A stretch of 64,000 nucleotides of DNA from the human T2T-CHM13v2.0 reference genome, Homo sapiens, in assembly GCF_009914755.1 (NCBI RefSeq), contig NC_060937.1; one strand, written 5' to 3'. The notes under the pieces were generated by a model. The model saw nothing but the letters and a program-made list of their open reading frames with translations, did no database searches and had not been told where the DNA came from. The translations under genes and the position numbers were made by a program. Each line of letters starts with the position of its first letter. Position 1 is the stretch's first letter. Positions 26,988-44,913 of the stretch are shown here, piece after piece.

Positions 26988-28085
26988 AATTAGATGAAAC
27001 ATGGCAGGAGTCCAGTGAATATTCATTGCCATTTCCCAAGTGACGGACATATAGACTACTTGTAATTTGCACTTTCATATTGCTCCAGTGAATTTTTTCT
27101 GAAAGTCTCTTTCTGCACACGTGTCTTCAGATTTCAGTGTACCTTCTCCCTTTTACTAATAAATTAGGCAAACAAAGCTTTCTGTTAGGTAAGGTCAAAT
27201 ATAAACAACATTTATCTACCTGTGTCTCAAACAGTTTTATGCAAGATCTACCACAGTAGAATGAAAGAACATATGTTATGTATGGCCAAGCCACTTTTTT
27301 CAGCTTTCTTATCAATGTGGATCTGTGGTTTTCCACATAATTGACTCACAGTTGCAGGGATCGGAGTCTATCGTGAAAGGAGTCAAAACAGTGTGACTGG
27401 CCTGCCTCATGTAAGAACAGCTGTAGTTACTCCTGACAAGGTATATTTTTATCACTGGGTTTGAGTCCCATGAACAAGTAAGACTGTGTGGTGATAACAG
27501 AGCAACAGTAATTCATTTCTGGAATATGTAGTTATGAAAATAAATATTGATCTTGGCACTTCCTTTTATTTCCTGAAAAAAAGGAAGTCATTCATAGTGT
27601 TGTACAATGTTTAACATCTTTTAAAAGTGAGAAAATGATAGAGTATTTGTTTTCTGCAAGTTATAACTTAAAGTCTATAAGAACACTTTGTTTTGTGTAA
27701 TATTTTCCACACATGAATATAAAGAAGTCTAAATGTAACTATGCATAAACACACACATACAGGTTTTTGCTGAGTTCCATTGATTTTAGCTATTTATCTT
27801 GCTATCTGTATATAAGGAGAAACGTAAAAAAAAGAAAAGCCAACCAAAAAAACCCTGAAATCAGAATTCAGTCAATAATGAATGTTTCTTTAGGGACCAA
27901 TGAAGTAATCGGGCAACACAGCCCATCAACCACTTAAATATAGGGCAGGCAGAGAAACAAAAACAAAGGCTACAGAAGGCCATGAAATTGCTTCACTGTG
28001 AGTTCTGAATTTACATCAAAATGAAGACAAGTGGATTGTCTATAGGACCTCAGCCCTGGTTTTCCTCATTCTACAGTGAAACGTG

Positions 28086-28527
<442 letters not shown>

Positions 28528-29220
28528 TTAGAACATTATAAAGAACAAATACCTAAAGGTATCTGTACAATAAAAATAATTTTTTAAAAGGATATACGCA
28601 ATGAATAGTTGTACCCAGTAAAGCTGGCTTTCAAATGACATTCAATGGGTAGATTTTCTCCTTGGTTCCCCTTTCTAAATGGCAGAGATATCTTCAGATG
28701 TCAAAGAATCCTTGGCTAAGCCTATGCCTTTCAGAACTGCTGATTTGATCTTTTTGTGGAAAGGTAGGAAGGTAAGTGAAGCTGAGGTAACAGGGAACCA
28801 GAAGTGCAGAAGAACCTGAAGAACACAGGAAGGTGATAGGACAGTCCAAGCTCCAAGAGTGCTGCGTTGTGTTGGGATCCCCAGCATATATCCACAGTCG
28901 GCGGGCACTGCAAGTGGACGACAACCGTGGACTGGGGGTTTGTCTGAACCAAGTCCATGGCTGGAAAGGTGACAGTCGAGTTACTGGTACCAAGTAATTT
29001 TGTATTTCCAGAACCTAGGACATTGTGGGCATTCAAAAAAAAAAAAAAAAGTTTGCTAAATAGAATAAATGAATGCATTAAGCCTGGTATTCCTGATTTT
29101 TAATTTTATAAGTAATTTATTAATTCTTAATTGGTTAATTCTTACCAGGATACTTTGATTCCAAGTCTTCAGACAATGGGCACTCAATTCCACACTCCTA
29201 CGCCCATTTCCCCGAGTTGC

Positions 29221-29510
29221 TTTTTTTTTTTGAGATAGGGTCTTGCTCTGTCATCTAGACTGGTGGCCTAGGTGGCACGATCATAGCTCACTGTAATCTT
29301 GAACTCCTGGACTCTAGTGATCCTCCCCCTCAGCCTCCTGAGTAGCTAGGATTACAGGTACATGCCACCATGCCTGGCTAACGTTTTAATTTTTTGTGGA
29401 GACGGGGTTTTGTTATGTTGCCCAGGCTTATCTTGAACTCCTGGCTTCACGTGATCCTGCCTCAGTCTCCCAAAGTGCTGGGATTACAGACATAAACCAC
29501 CATGCCCGGC
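29221..29510 (-). mobile_element. AluJ
   Basis: Reverse dimeric Alu with J-type ATCATAGCTCACTG. Confidence 0.9.
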
Positions 29511-30649
29511 CAAGTTTCATATTTTCAATGCTACACAAAGTGGCTAGTGAATATCTGGGAATCTGGGTAACCATTAAAAACACATAGATATAAATGTCTC
29601 AATTATTTCCTCTAAGTTCAAGAGCAGTGTGTTCTAAAGTATTGCTTACAATTAAATTTCTCAGTGGGAGGCCACCGATAAATGTGTAGGATGCTGGTGA
29701 ATGAAATAACAAAAGTCTTTCTTTTGACCCTAACAGGCATTTAGATAAGCTGGAAAAAGTGAGAGAAAGACCCTTACTCCTGGCAATATTATCTTGCCCC
29801 ATCTCACTCGAGGGCTGTCCATAAGAAGGGGTGTTAGGTAACAGAACAGCTGGGTGTTTTCACTCTGCCTTACCTATGCTTTCTGAGCAACATGCCCTTT
29901 GTTCAGAAGGCACCTGAAGAATCCTCACAGGTATATGCAACCTGACTTCTGTGCTTCAAAAACTGGCCTTTTTATAAAGAATGGGAATGTGCAGTAACTA
30001 CTGCATACACCAGTAGAGCATTCTTTGCATAATCATTAGTAATAAGCTTGGTATGATGAAAATGGTAGAGGTAAAACACTTGTAACTGTGTTCCCAAATC
30101 CCGTACTAAATATATCTGTACAGCCCCAAAGAATAATAACTAAAGGCCCACTTCTTTCCCCAGAAGGTTAGACCATTTAGAGTAGTGAATGAACACCTGA
30201 GGGGGCCTCACAGGTACCACGTTGTAATAATTAGATCTAGAGAGAACAAATGAGTGAATCATGACTTTGGTTGCACAATAGTCCCACTTGGAATGGCAAG
30301 TTAAATTAGAATTAAACCCAGAGAGGCTCAAAAAGTCACATCCAAGAACAGCTCTATTTAAATGGAAGGCGCCACATGGCTGCCATGAAAGAAATTAGGG
30401 ATAACTGTAATCAGCCGGTAATAAAAGACCACTCGTCATGTGTGACCTTAGCATGATGAGATGTCCTTCACTGAAACTGGAGTTTTTACAGGAGTTAAAA
30501 AAAAATTAAAAAGGCCAGGACAATCTTTCAAGCCTGGAAAGAAGACATACACATCCCAGATTTAAAAACCAGAGCAGAAAACACTGGAATTGAAGGAGCT
30601 TTAGTAAATTCACACACGCAATCACAACAGAATTCCAAGGGCCACAGCT

Positions 30650-30870
30650 GAGGATAACAATGATATTTACAGAATGCTTAGTGGGTGTCAGGCACCGACC
30701 TAAATGCCTTAAGCTTCAGAGCAACCCTCTGAGATTGACACTACTATCCCTGTACACTGTATCCCTCTTTTACAGATGAGGAAACTGAGGCACAGAGAGG
30801 TTAAGGCCAAGGCCAAGACAAAGTCTGCGGCTACACCAAAACTCAGACCTGAGTGGTTGATTCCAGAACT
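30650..30870. mobile_element. MIR (representative; many further MIR relics, e.g. ~6320, 12490, 12720, 34335, 44310, 52100, 57270)
   Basis: TTTTACAGATGAGGAAACTGAGGCACAGAGAGGTTAAG core. Confidence 0.8.
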
Positions 30871-31169
30871 CAATTTTAATTACAATGTTATGCTTATTCA
30901 GATGAAGATACAGGTATTACAAACCAACATATGATAGAATGGGAAAAAGCAACAAAATATCTATAGCATTTAAATTTCCCCTTTAACCCAATTATATAAA
31001 ACAACAGCACATATAAGTGTTATTGAATATAGCCTGCAATGATAAGACATATACTTTTCTCTGGAAAATTTTAAAAAGGTAAACCGTTCTGTAAGTACTG
31101 TCAGATGGGCATTCAGTACACTTACTATTAATCTACCAAAGAAAGTATTTTCTTTTCTCTCTTTTCATC

Positions 31170-31465
31170 TTGTTTTTAAAAAGAGACAAGAACTCATTCT
31201 GTTGCCCAAGCTGCAGTGCAGTGGTAGAATCATAGCTCACCGGAGCCTCAAACTCCTGGACTCAAACAATCCTTCCGCCTCAGCCTCCTGGGAACTAGGA
31301 CTACAGGTGCATGCCACCATGCCTAGTTAATTTTTTTTTTTTTTTGGTAGAGAAAGGGTCTTGCTGTATTGTCCTAGCCTGTCTTGAACTCCTGGCCTCA
31401 AGTGATCCTCCCACTTCGGCGTCCCAGAGTGTTGGGATTATAGGTATGAGCCACTATGCCTACCC
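31170..31465 (-). mobile_element. AluJ
   Basis: Reverse dimeric Alu. Confidence 0.88.
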
Positions 31466-33382
31466 AGTACATATTTTCTTAAAGTTGTTATAAACTATGT
31501 ATTTCCAAGGGAAATGTTTTTTAAAGGCTGAGTTTGGCAGTGGTATATGCTAATGTCTTCCTTGACCATTAATGCCACAAAATTAGTCCCTTCCCTGTCA
31601 TTCCACTTTATTTACAATTGTACCAAAAAGAATTGAGTTGGTTGCACGATAGAATTACCTTAAGGGAAGTGGGAGCATTCAGTTTACAAAGTATATTTTG
31701 TACTGTTTCTAAGGTTTCATATTATTTAAAATAAGACATTGAACTTCACCTACAGAATTCTGAATTAACTTCTGCCACAGAATACCTGTAGGTAGAATGA
31801 CTTCTTTGTTAGTGAATCAAACACCACCCTGGGAATGAATCATCAAGACCACAAGCAGAGCAAGAGTGGATGAGACTTTCAGTTAACCAGGATTTACATA
31901 AATCTCAGTAAGACAGATTCTATTCACATGAACAAGCCAGATATCTACATTTCTTTGTAGGCTTTCCCTTAACCAGCAGATGGCTCTCAGAGGCAGGAAT
32001 CTTCATATTTATCTTCCATACTACAACAGACTCTAGTGCCTGTCAAACCATGTCAATGTCTCTCCTATGATATTAATTAGGGAAAAAGCACTGTTTAGAT
32101 ACATTTACTACCAAATCCCCAGCAGCTACATTCGGAGGTGGAGCAGATTCACAGGCATCAAGTTCCTCTCTCACTCCTGTCTGTAGCATTTCACAGAAAA
32201 CTACTTTTGAACAGATTGAAATTGTAAGATTAGTAGTTGCCACCCTTTTCAGAAGCTGTGACTGAGACATTATATCATGTTCTAATTTGGATTCAATAAA
32301 AACGTTTTCACAAAATGTATAAATCAAGAGAAATACGTTTGCTAAAATGCGTCAAAAAGCTCAATCTTAACATCTATTCAAACTAGCGTTTGGCAAGTTT
32401 TCCATATGAACAGAATGCGTCTAAAATGCATATTTAATTATTGTTTTACTTTAATAAACAAAGTTTCCTACTAAACTAATTAAAAGATAATGGTTTACAA
32501 ATGAGCCTTTTGGGCGCCCAAGGGGTGCCCTGGGGATGGATTCACAGTATTTCATGATTTTACTTAAATATAACAGCAGCCACTAAGTATTTTTCCACAT
32601 CACTTTCTAGACCGTTAAAAAACTTAAAAGTATGACAAGCTTTCTGTTCTTTTTGTTTCAACATATTTCAGCAAGCAAGATCATAAGCTGTATTAGGCAA
32701 AATGTTTAAAGAGAATCAAAATAGAAAAAAACGAATCATTAACAGTCTGTTCTGGTTGGCTATATTATCAAACTTTTATGATGAAATTAGACTACAAGTT
32801 GAAAGAGGATTGTTGGCTAACAAAAAAATGCCTATTTCAGATATAGAGTATCTATTCAAAATAGCTACTCTGTGGGGAATGTCCTATGCATTGCGAAGAC
32901 TTTATCCCATGAGATCAATTAATAATGTAGGATGAAACGAGGGTTCTGAAACAGGTATGGATTTCTGGATTATACTAGACATACCCACTGAATGGAAGAC
33001 ACATAACATACTTAAATATTTAGAGGGATTTTCCCACAGAATTTCTTCAGAAAATACCGGGGTTTAAATTATGTTTTATGCCAGAAGTGATAGCTTGGTG
33101 GATTACATAAACCTTAAAAAAAAAAACTTTCTAGGTCAGAATAGGATTAATTATTTTAATCGGAATGCCTTAAGGGTAAGCCCTGCCCTCCTCATTCTGG
33201 CATGGGCCCAACCCATGCCCTATTGCTTTATGAGAACAGCACTTTATCTTATCCATGTGGCTCTTGAACACATCTGATTTGGGGACTCTCTAGAATCATG
33301 CTAAATTTTAAAAATAAGTTATCCTTATTTGACTACAGTTAAACTTTAAGCTACTCAAGAGTGAAGAGTCTTATACATGTCT

Positions 33383-33998
33383 ATTTATGTGACCGACAAA
33401 CATGAAAAAAAGCTCATCATCACTGGTCATTAGAGAAATGCAAATCAAAACCACAATTAGATACCATCTCATGCCAGTTGGAATGGCGATCATTAAAAAG
33501 TCAGGAAACAGATGCTGGAGAGGATGCGGAGAAATAGGAATACTACACTGTTGGTGGGAGTGCAAATTAGTTCAACCATCGGGGAAGACAGTGTGGTGAT
33601 TACTCAAGGATCTAGAACCAGAACTACCATTTGACCCAGCAATACCATTTCTGGGTATATACCCAAAGGATTATAAATCATTCTACTATAAAGACACATG
33701 CACACGTTATGTTTACTGCAGCTCTATTTACAATAGCAGAGACTTGGAACCAACCCAAATGCCCACCAATGATAGACTGGAAAAAGAAAATGTGGCACAT
33801 ATACACCATGGAATACTATGCAGCCATAAAAAAATGAGTTAATGTCCTTTGCAGGGACATGGGTGAAGCTATAAACCATCATTCTCAGCAAACTAACACA
33901 GGAACAGAAAACTGAACACTGCATGTTCTCAGTCATAAGTGGGAGTTGAACAATGAGAACACATAGACACAGGGAGGGGAACATCACACCTGGGGCCT
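33383..33998 (+). mobile_element. L1PA fragment (ORF2 C-terminus and start of 3'UTR), no poly(A) tail
   Basis: ORF track gives [39 protein letters not shown] and WNQPKCPPMIDW..MWHIYTMEYYAAIKK, both typical of the L1 ORF2p end. Confidence 0.92.
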
Positions 33999-34713
33999 GA
34001 TGTAGTACTTAAGTTAACATGAATTATTGAAAGTTTTTATTGCTTGGGTAGGATTATATAAATCAGACCAAGTAGAACTCATTGGTAGTTTTCCACTTGA
34101 GTCTGTGTTACCAGAATGACTGTCTGAGGCCACATGTAGGGATTTTTCTCATCATAAGATGTCCAGGTATTTGAATTCTGGAGGAAAAGAAAAATCTTCC
34201 CACCTGAGACAGATAATATTTTACCCGCTTTTGATTTTGTTCCTGAAAATTTTCCTTACTCTTTGAATACTCTGTGAAATTAACACTGGAAAAGTAGAGA
34301 GGTATACCAATATGACTCAAATTCATATCTTAAAGACATTTAGAAGATGAGAAAACTAAGGCTCAGAAAGATTAGACTAATTACTGCTCGAAGCTCACAC
34401 AGCTAAACAGGGGCAGTTAGAGCTAAACAGTGGGTTTCTTGACCCCTAGAGCTAAGACTTTTCCGCTTTCCAATGATGTTGTAGAAAGATCTCTGTGGTA
34501 CTTTTACTTAGTAGGAAGGAAAATCTGCTTGGCAACACTGATATTCTTTCTTTTTACATCAGATAGTTAGAACTACACACTTACGCTATTTCCTTTTTTT
34601 TGCTTTGGCTGCTAGAAAACTCGGATACAATAGCCTAGGATTGGTTGTGGCTTATTTGCCACTCTAATTATAAGATTTGAAACACAAAACTACAAGGTTT
34701 TAATTTTATATAG

Positions 34714-35014
<301 letters not shown>

Positions 35015-35391
35015 AGTAATTTTTTAAATGTAGGTATTATGAAATATTTTCTGAACTAAGGAAACTTATAATGATAAACAAGAAAACAAAAACAAAAAAA
35101 TAGAATATGCTTCTCTTTAAAATGGAGAAAACTATGTGATAGTCAAACCTGGGTTTTAATTTGGAGACTTCTAAAGTTCTGTGATCAATAAGCTCATAAT
35201 ATCTTTAAGGAAAAAAAAAAAGACAAAATAAGGATTTTGATTTTTGTGGTGGAAGCTCCTTGTACTAATAGCCTCATTCTCTTGGTCAAATATCACTATT
35301 CCATTTATAGGACTTAACATGCTAATTAAAATAACATAGGACTTGTAGTCTGAAAATACAAACATGAATTACAGCTATTATAACTTGTTAG

Positions 35392-35772
<381 letters not shown>

Positions 35773-35879
35773 TAATAGTAATTACTGAATGGAGTTTTCA
35801 TGAAAATTAGTTTAGAGTAAGGTAAAGCTGACCCAATGTCCAATACATCCCCAGCACTTCTTAATATTATGTTCCTTCT

Positions 35880-38520
<2,641 letters not shown>

Positions 38521-41500
38521 AAGAATAAGTTAGCAAGAGTTCTGGGCTTCTCATTAACCTTGGGCTTCATGGCACCATGTTTACACTAAGATCCATTCCT
38601 TACTATGTCAACTGTTCCCATTTGCTGATATTTGTAACCTCAGTTCTGCTTTTAGTCCACTTTGGCAGAGCTGCTCTTTATTATATTTTTATGCTATCAG
38701 CCCTGCTCTTACCTAGAACTTTTCATATCACAAAAGTTTCACGGCCATGATGTCCACTGAATACACAGACCTGGCCCATCCCTATTTACCTGTGAAGAAA
38801 GATCAAACAAGAACTTTGCAAGTTTTAAAGTATCATGTGTTATTTACTTTCCCAGATTCACTCTTCTGCATTATTGGCCACACACTGTCTAAAGTTCTCA
38901 GGATCTGAGCATATTGCTAGGTATTTCTGTTCAAATCTCAAAGTGAACTGTACTGTTTACAATACTCTCAGTGTATACTGTAAAATACTGCATGGTATAA
39001 TAATGGCTTCTATAGCACCAAACATAAGCTTAGAAGATTGTCAGAAAAAGTACTTGACAGCAGGCAGGGTAGATACTGTTACTGGCAATCTTACAGCTGA
39101 GAAATAGGTGAGGAAAGCATAGCCTGGAGTGGTTAATTGCTAAGGAATGATAAATCTGAGAGCTCTTGTCTCTACTCCTCTTCCTACATTTCATCTTTCC
39201 AAAATCTTAAAAATGTCAAGATGATAATGTTAAACCTCCTGTACCATATTTATTGATGATTAAATATTATATGCACTGTTGGTTTTTTAACATGGCTTTT
39301 TCCTGCTGAGAAAATCAGTAACATGAGAGTAGTAGATTAGTAGCAGTCAGCTGTGTAGGTATTTTTCATCTTAACAGTAGTGACTCAATAAAATACAATA
39401 ACAATTATTTTCTGTAAGTTCACCATAGGGAAGCAAGTGAACACGCAAAGGCATCCTTAGCAACTTGATAATCTAGTAAAGTGTAGATCGTGGACAGCTC
39501 TCCACCTCAAATGCATGAAAAATGACTCAAATTTTTGCTCAAATCTACGACATGTGGAAGTGTAAAGCCTCCTTCCCAGCCCCCTCCAGGATGTATGTAC
39601 ATTTCTGGGACTTTAGTTCTCAGAACGACCTTGGCCTCTAGCATCAAGTTAGCACCTTCTTCAAGAGCACCTTCTTCAAAAACTACATAAACCCATCTGA
39701 GGGTCTAGTAAGCCCTCTCTCCAAAGACAGATGCCGAGGGACTCCTGGAGCTTCACTATCTTTGCCCGGTGCTCCTTCTGTCTGTAAAATGCTCTTGACT
39801 GCCTCTGTGCTGCTCACTGGTCTCACCCAGCCTCAGGCTCTTTGCATCTTGCTGGGGAGCTCTCAGCTCTCTTCTCTGATTTCTTACTCCACCCCCATCT
39901 CAACTGTACGCAAAAGAAGAACAACAGCTTCATTCCTTTGGCAAAAGTATAACAGCTTTGCCCTCCAAAAACCTTGGTGGCAGGTTATATCCAGGTCCCT
40001 GGCTAGGAAGTACGGGCAGGGCTCAGCTCATAGTTTACCTCCAAGCCTTTCAGAGGGCACGTTTTCCACACCAAGAATTTTGTTCTGGAGGAATCTGGTG
40101 CCAGCTACTAAGATGACAAAAACTCCCCCCAACTTATTATATATGTAAATAATAATTATATCAGGCAAAAAATGATATGTGATAAAGAGAGGTGTAATGA
40201 AGTGTTATGGGAGTCAAGGGAGGGGGTGTCTGATTCTGTTTGGAAAGTCAGGGCAAGCTTAATAGAGGACACCAACAAATAAGTCTTGAAGAATACTGGT
40301 ATGTGGATGTGTCGGTGGTAAAGAGAAGGCGGAAGAGAGAATTTATAATTATGGAGATAAAATAGCTCACAGTTAATCTTAATACCAAATTGTCTAACAA
40401 ACAGGGTTCCTAATGGGTGGGTGGGCAGAAGAGGATGATATAGGGCAGACAGGATGACCAGGGCCACGTATGACAGACTGAATGTTTCCTTACAAGAAGT
40501 TCAATGTGTAGGTCCTGGAAGTGCCATGATTTTGTTTTGTTCTGTTTCGTTTTTTTAGTTTTAGAAGGAAAATTCTGGCTTATGACAGTAAGCTTCCACG
40601 GTGAGAAGGTGATTAAAGTCAAGGCCTTTATCAATCACTGAGCTATCTATTGCCATCACTCAAGTAAGTGGAGTCTACCTGAACCAAAGTAGTGTCTTTA
40701 AATATGAATCAGAGGGGACCAATTCCAAGGAATTTCAGAAGTAGAACAGTCAGTTCTTGGTAACTGATTGGATAACCGGGGATAAGGGCGAGAGAGGAGC
40801 GAATGGTGTCCCCAGCAGCTGAGCATGGATGGCCAGGATAACATCATTAGCCAACTTGGAGTCCACAGGAAAAGTGCCAAGATAAAAGCTAATGATTAAA
40901 ATTAATCTATATGTAAACAATACATTTATGTTTAAATGACAACCGAGTAGCACTTTCATTTGCTAGACAAGTAATAATTAAAAAAATAGTAGAAACTAGG
41001 TAATAAGGAAGTATTTCCAGAAATAACTTAAATGGATTTTATAAAAGAAAGCTCATAAAATAAACTTAATGGTAATGGAATTTCATTAAATGTTGTCCAA
41101 TGTGTAATTCTAAAGGCCGGGTCCATGGTAGAGGAAATTAGACAAAAAAAAAAAAAAAAAAAAAGCATAGTTTTTGTTTATTCAGTCATTTAACATTCAT
41201 TAAATTCTTTTAGGGATATTACTAAGTTTATAGTTGGCAGTTTACATACTTGATGACCTAGGTGATTGCTTTTCTGATTGTTTTTAATTATAGGAGTTTG
41301 TTTTTCAGGACCTCAAAGAGATGCACTTAAGTGGAGGGAAGGACAAATGGATGAAAGAAACAAGTTCTAAAGCACAAACTGTGGCCTTAGGCAGCCTGCT
41401 GAGTGTTTTACATATGAGAATAGCTTGAAAGAGTGAAGGGACTGAAAGATGTGAGTTCAGGACTATCAGAGGAAGAATCTTACCAATGCATTTTTAGCTA

Positions 41501-41694
41501 TGTCTTAGAGAAATTTAACACCTTTCCTAAGCTTTGGTTTCTTTTCCTATAAAACAATAGCATCTATACTTTGTGGGGTTATAAAAAGAATTAGGGTTAT
41601 GAAAATAAAATACTTTGCGTAAGGAGGTAAATATTTGGGAAATGACTGCAGTAACTGCTGTTTCACTTTGTGTTAACTGTAATTATTAACCCTA

Positions 41695-42000
<306 letters not shown>

Positions 42001-42079
42001 TTTAACCCCATTTTACAGATGAGAGAGAAATCTGGGGTTCAGTCAAGTTAAGTAACTCACCCAAGAACACAGATAATAA

Positions 42080-44070
42080 GCAGTAAGAGCTGCCTTTTGG
42101 GTACTTGTTATTCCAAGCACCTGAAACAGTGGCTGGCAGAGGAGTTGCTCAATAGATAGTTGCCTAATATTAAGGAAAAACATCTCACATCACACATCTG
42201 CATACCCCCTTCCCTCTTGACCTCTCAATGTTGGAGGTTCCCTGAGCTCAGTCGTCCAGCCGTTTCTCCTTTCTGTTTCAACTCTTCCTTGAGTGATCTT
42301 GCTCATTCCCATGTTTCGCATGGTGTGTTTCATATACCTTTTTGTATGTCACTCAAATCTATTTCAAACTCTCCCTTCCCTGAGCTCCAGACTCGTATAT
42401 CTTTTAGGCCTTCCACTTGTGTGTCAAGCAGATAACTCTAACTTAACATGCCCAAAGCTGAACTAGTGATGCTTTTCCCCAAACCCACTCCTTTCCCAGT
42501 TTTCCCTGTCTCAGGAAATAACCACTTCTCTCCTGGCAGTCCAGAACAAAAACAGGGGTCCCTCATGATTATTCTCTTCTATAGCTTATACAGGACCTAC
42601 AGGCTCAACCTCTAAAACGTATCTCAAATTTGAATACTTCCATCTTCACTGCCATACTCATCTCTTATCTGGCTACCTGCTATAGGATCTAACTGGAATC
42701 CCTGCTCCCACACCCTTACTCCTTCCCCCCAGTCTTTTATTTGTAATTGTAATGAAATATACATAGCATGAAATTTACCCCTTTAACTGTTTTTAAGTGT
42801 ACAATTCAGTGGCACCAAGTACAGTCACACTATTGTGTAACCATCACCAATATTTACATGTAGAGCTTCTTCATCATCCTAACAGAAACTCTGTTTCCAC
42901 TATATATTAACTCCCTGACCCCTCCCTTCCTTTAGCCCTGGTAACCTCTACTATATTTTTTGTCTCTATGAATTTGCCTACTTTAGGTGCCTCATATAAG
43001 TAGAATCATACAATATTCGTCTTTTTATGTCTGTCTGTCTTATTTCACTTAGCATAAAGTTTTCAAGATTCATCCACATTGTAGCATGTATCAGAATTTC
43101 ATTGCTTTCTAATGCTGACACACACACACGCACGATCATATACACACATGCACACTCACACACACACTTTATCCTTATTCATGGATGACAGATGGGCATC
43201 TAGGTTGTCTCTACCTTTTGGCTATTGTGAATAACGCTGTTATGACCAGTATCTGTTTGGGTCCCTGCTTCCAATTTTTTTATACCCAGAAATGGAATTG
43301 CTGGATTACTTGCAATTGTATGTTTAACTTTTTAAGGAATCACCAAACTGCTGTGCATGGCTGCTGCACCCTTTTACATTCCCACAAGCAAAGCACAAGG
43401 GTTCCAATTTTTCTATACCCTCACTAACACCTGTTAGTTTCCTCTTTATTAATAGCCATCCTAACAGCTGTGAAGTGGTCGCTCACAGTCTTCTCAATAA
43501 AACATATGATGTCCTTTCAAAACCCCAGTGGTCTCCTATTTCACTTAGAACAAAGCTTAAAGTCTTTATCATCACCTATAAGGCGCTCTAGGAACCCTGA
43601 GACCTCTTCATTCTGTTGAGCGTCCTCTGCTCCGCCACAGTGGCCTCCTAACTGTTCTGGAACATGTCAAATCCATTTCAACTCAGTGCCTTCACTCTTG
43701 CCATTCTTCTGCTTAGAATAGTTTCTCACCATTATCACATGGCTTTGGCCTAATTCATGTCTCTGACCAAATGTCACTTCTTCAGACATGTTCACATCTT
43801 TAGATGTCACATCTGAAGATGTTCTTCAGAGAGGACATTCCTAGCACCCAATCTAGATAGCCTCTCCTGACCCCTGCACCACAGCTTCTCACTGTCTATT
43901 GCTTGCTTTGCTTCATATACCTTATCATTCTTAACATTATATGGTATATTTATTTGTTCATAATCCATCTCTCTCAGCAGAATGTAAGTTTTATGTGGCT
44001 GGGGGACTTTTTATTCATTTTTGTGTCCCAAATACCTAAAACAGTGCCAAGCAAATTTAAGTACTAATTA
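42080..44070. mobile_element. L2 relic interrupted by L1MB fragment
   Basis: L2 motifs CTTAACATGCCCAAAGCTGAACT, AAATGTCACTTCTTCAGA..GAGG and GAATGTAAGTT. Confidence 0.65.
42736..43485 (-). mobile_element. L1MB 3' end fragment
   Basis: TTTTAAGTGTACAATTCAGTGGCA ... AATAGCCATCCTAAC; flanking CAGTCTT duplication. Confidence 0.8.
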
Positions 44071-44518
44071 TTAAAGGCAGGCAAGGTTATCTGTTGATAG
44101 AGGCTTAATAGTTTGAGATTTTTATGGTAAAGAATCTTAACCTACTTATTTTTATAACTTTCATAATAGATGGCAAAAGATTCTTTGATATCTGAAAATA
44201 TTTTTAAAATGTCTTTTCTTCCTTTTTTGGGGGGGTGGGGGAAACATGATTTTGCTATTATCTATTGGTCAGTTAAGGAAAGAAACATCCACTGATATTC
44301 TGAATAATAGCAATAATATCATTAAGCATTTACTTGTGCCCTGCACTGTGCTATGAAGTTAATATACATTATGTCTGATTTTCACAAAATTATATCGAGT
44401 GTTTTCATTTTGCAGATAAGAAAACTAAGGCTCACGAAAGGTACACTGCCCGAGATGACATAGCAAGTAAGTGGCAGGTCAGGAATTCCAATCAGGCACT
44501 GTCTGACTCCAAAGGTTA

Positions 44519-44913
<395 letters not shown>

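Noticed and set aside
32512-32530. Small GC hairpin GGGCGCCC-AAG-GGGTGCCC
   Set aside because: An 8-bp stem with no supporting context.
33371-33987. ORFs resembling a reverse-transcriptase protein C-terminus
   Set aside because: Broken L1 ORF2 remnant of about 600 bp.
39762-40148. 128-aa + strand ORF with a hydrophobic N-terminus
   Set aside because: TTG start, no recognisable homology or splice/promoter support, and a length expected by chance.
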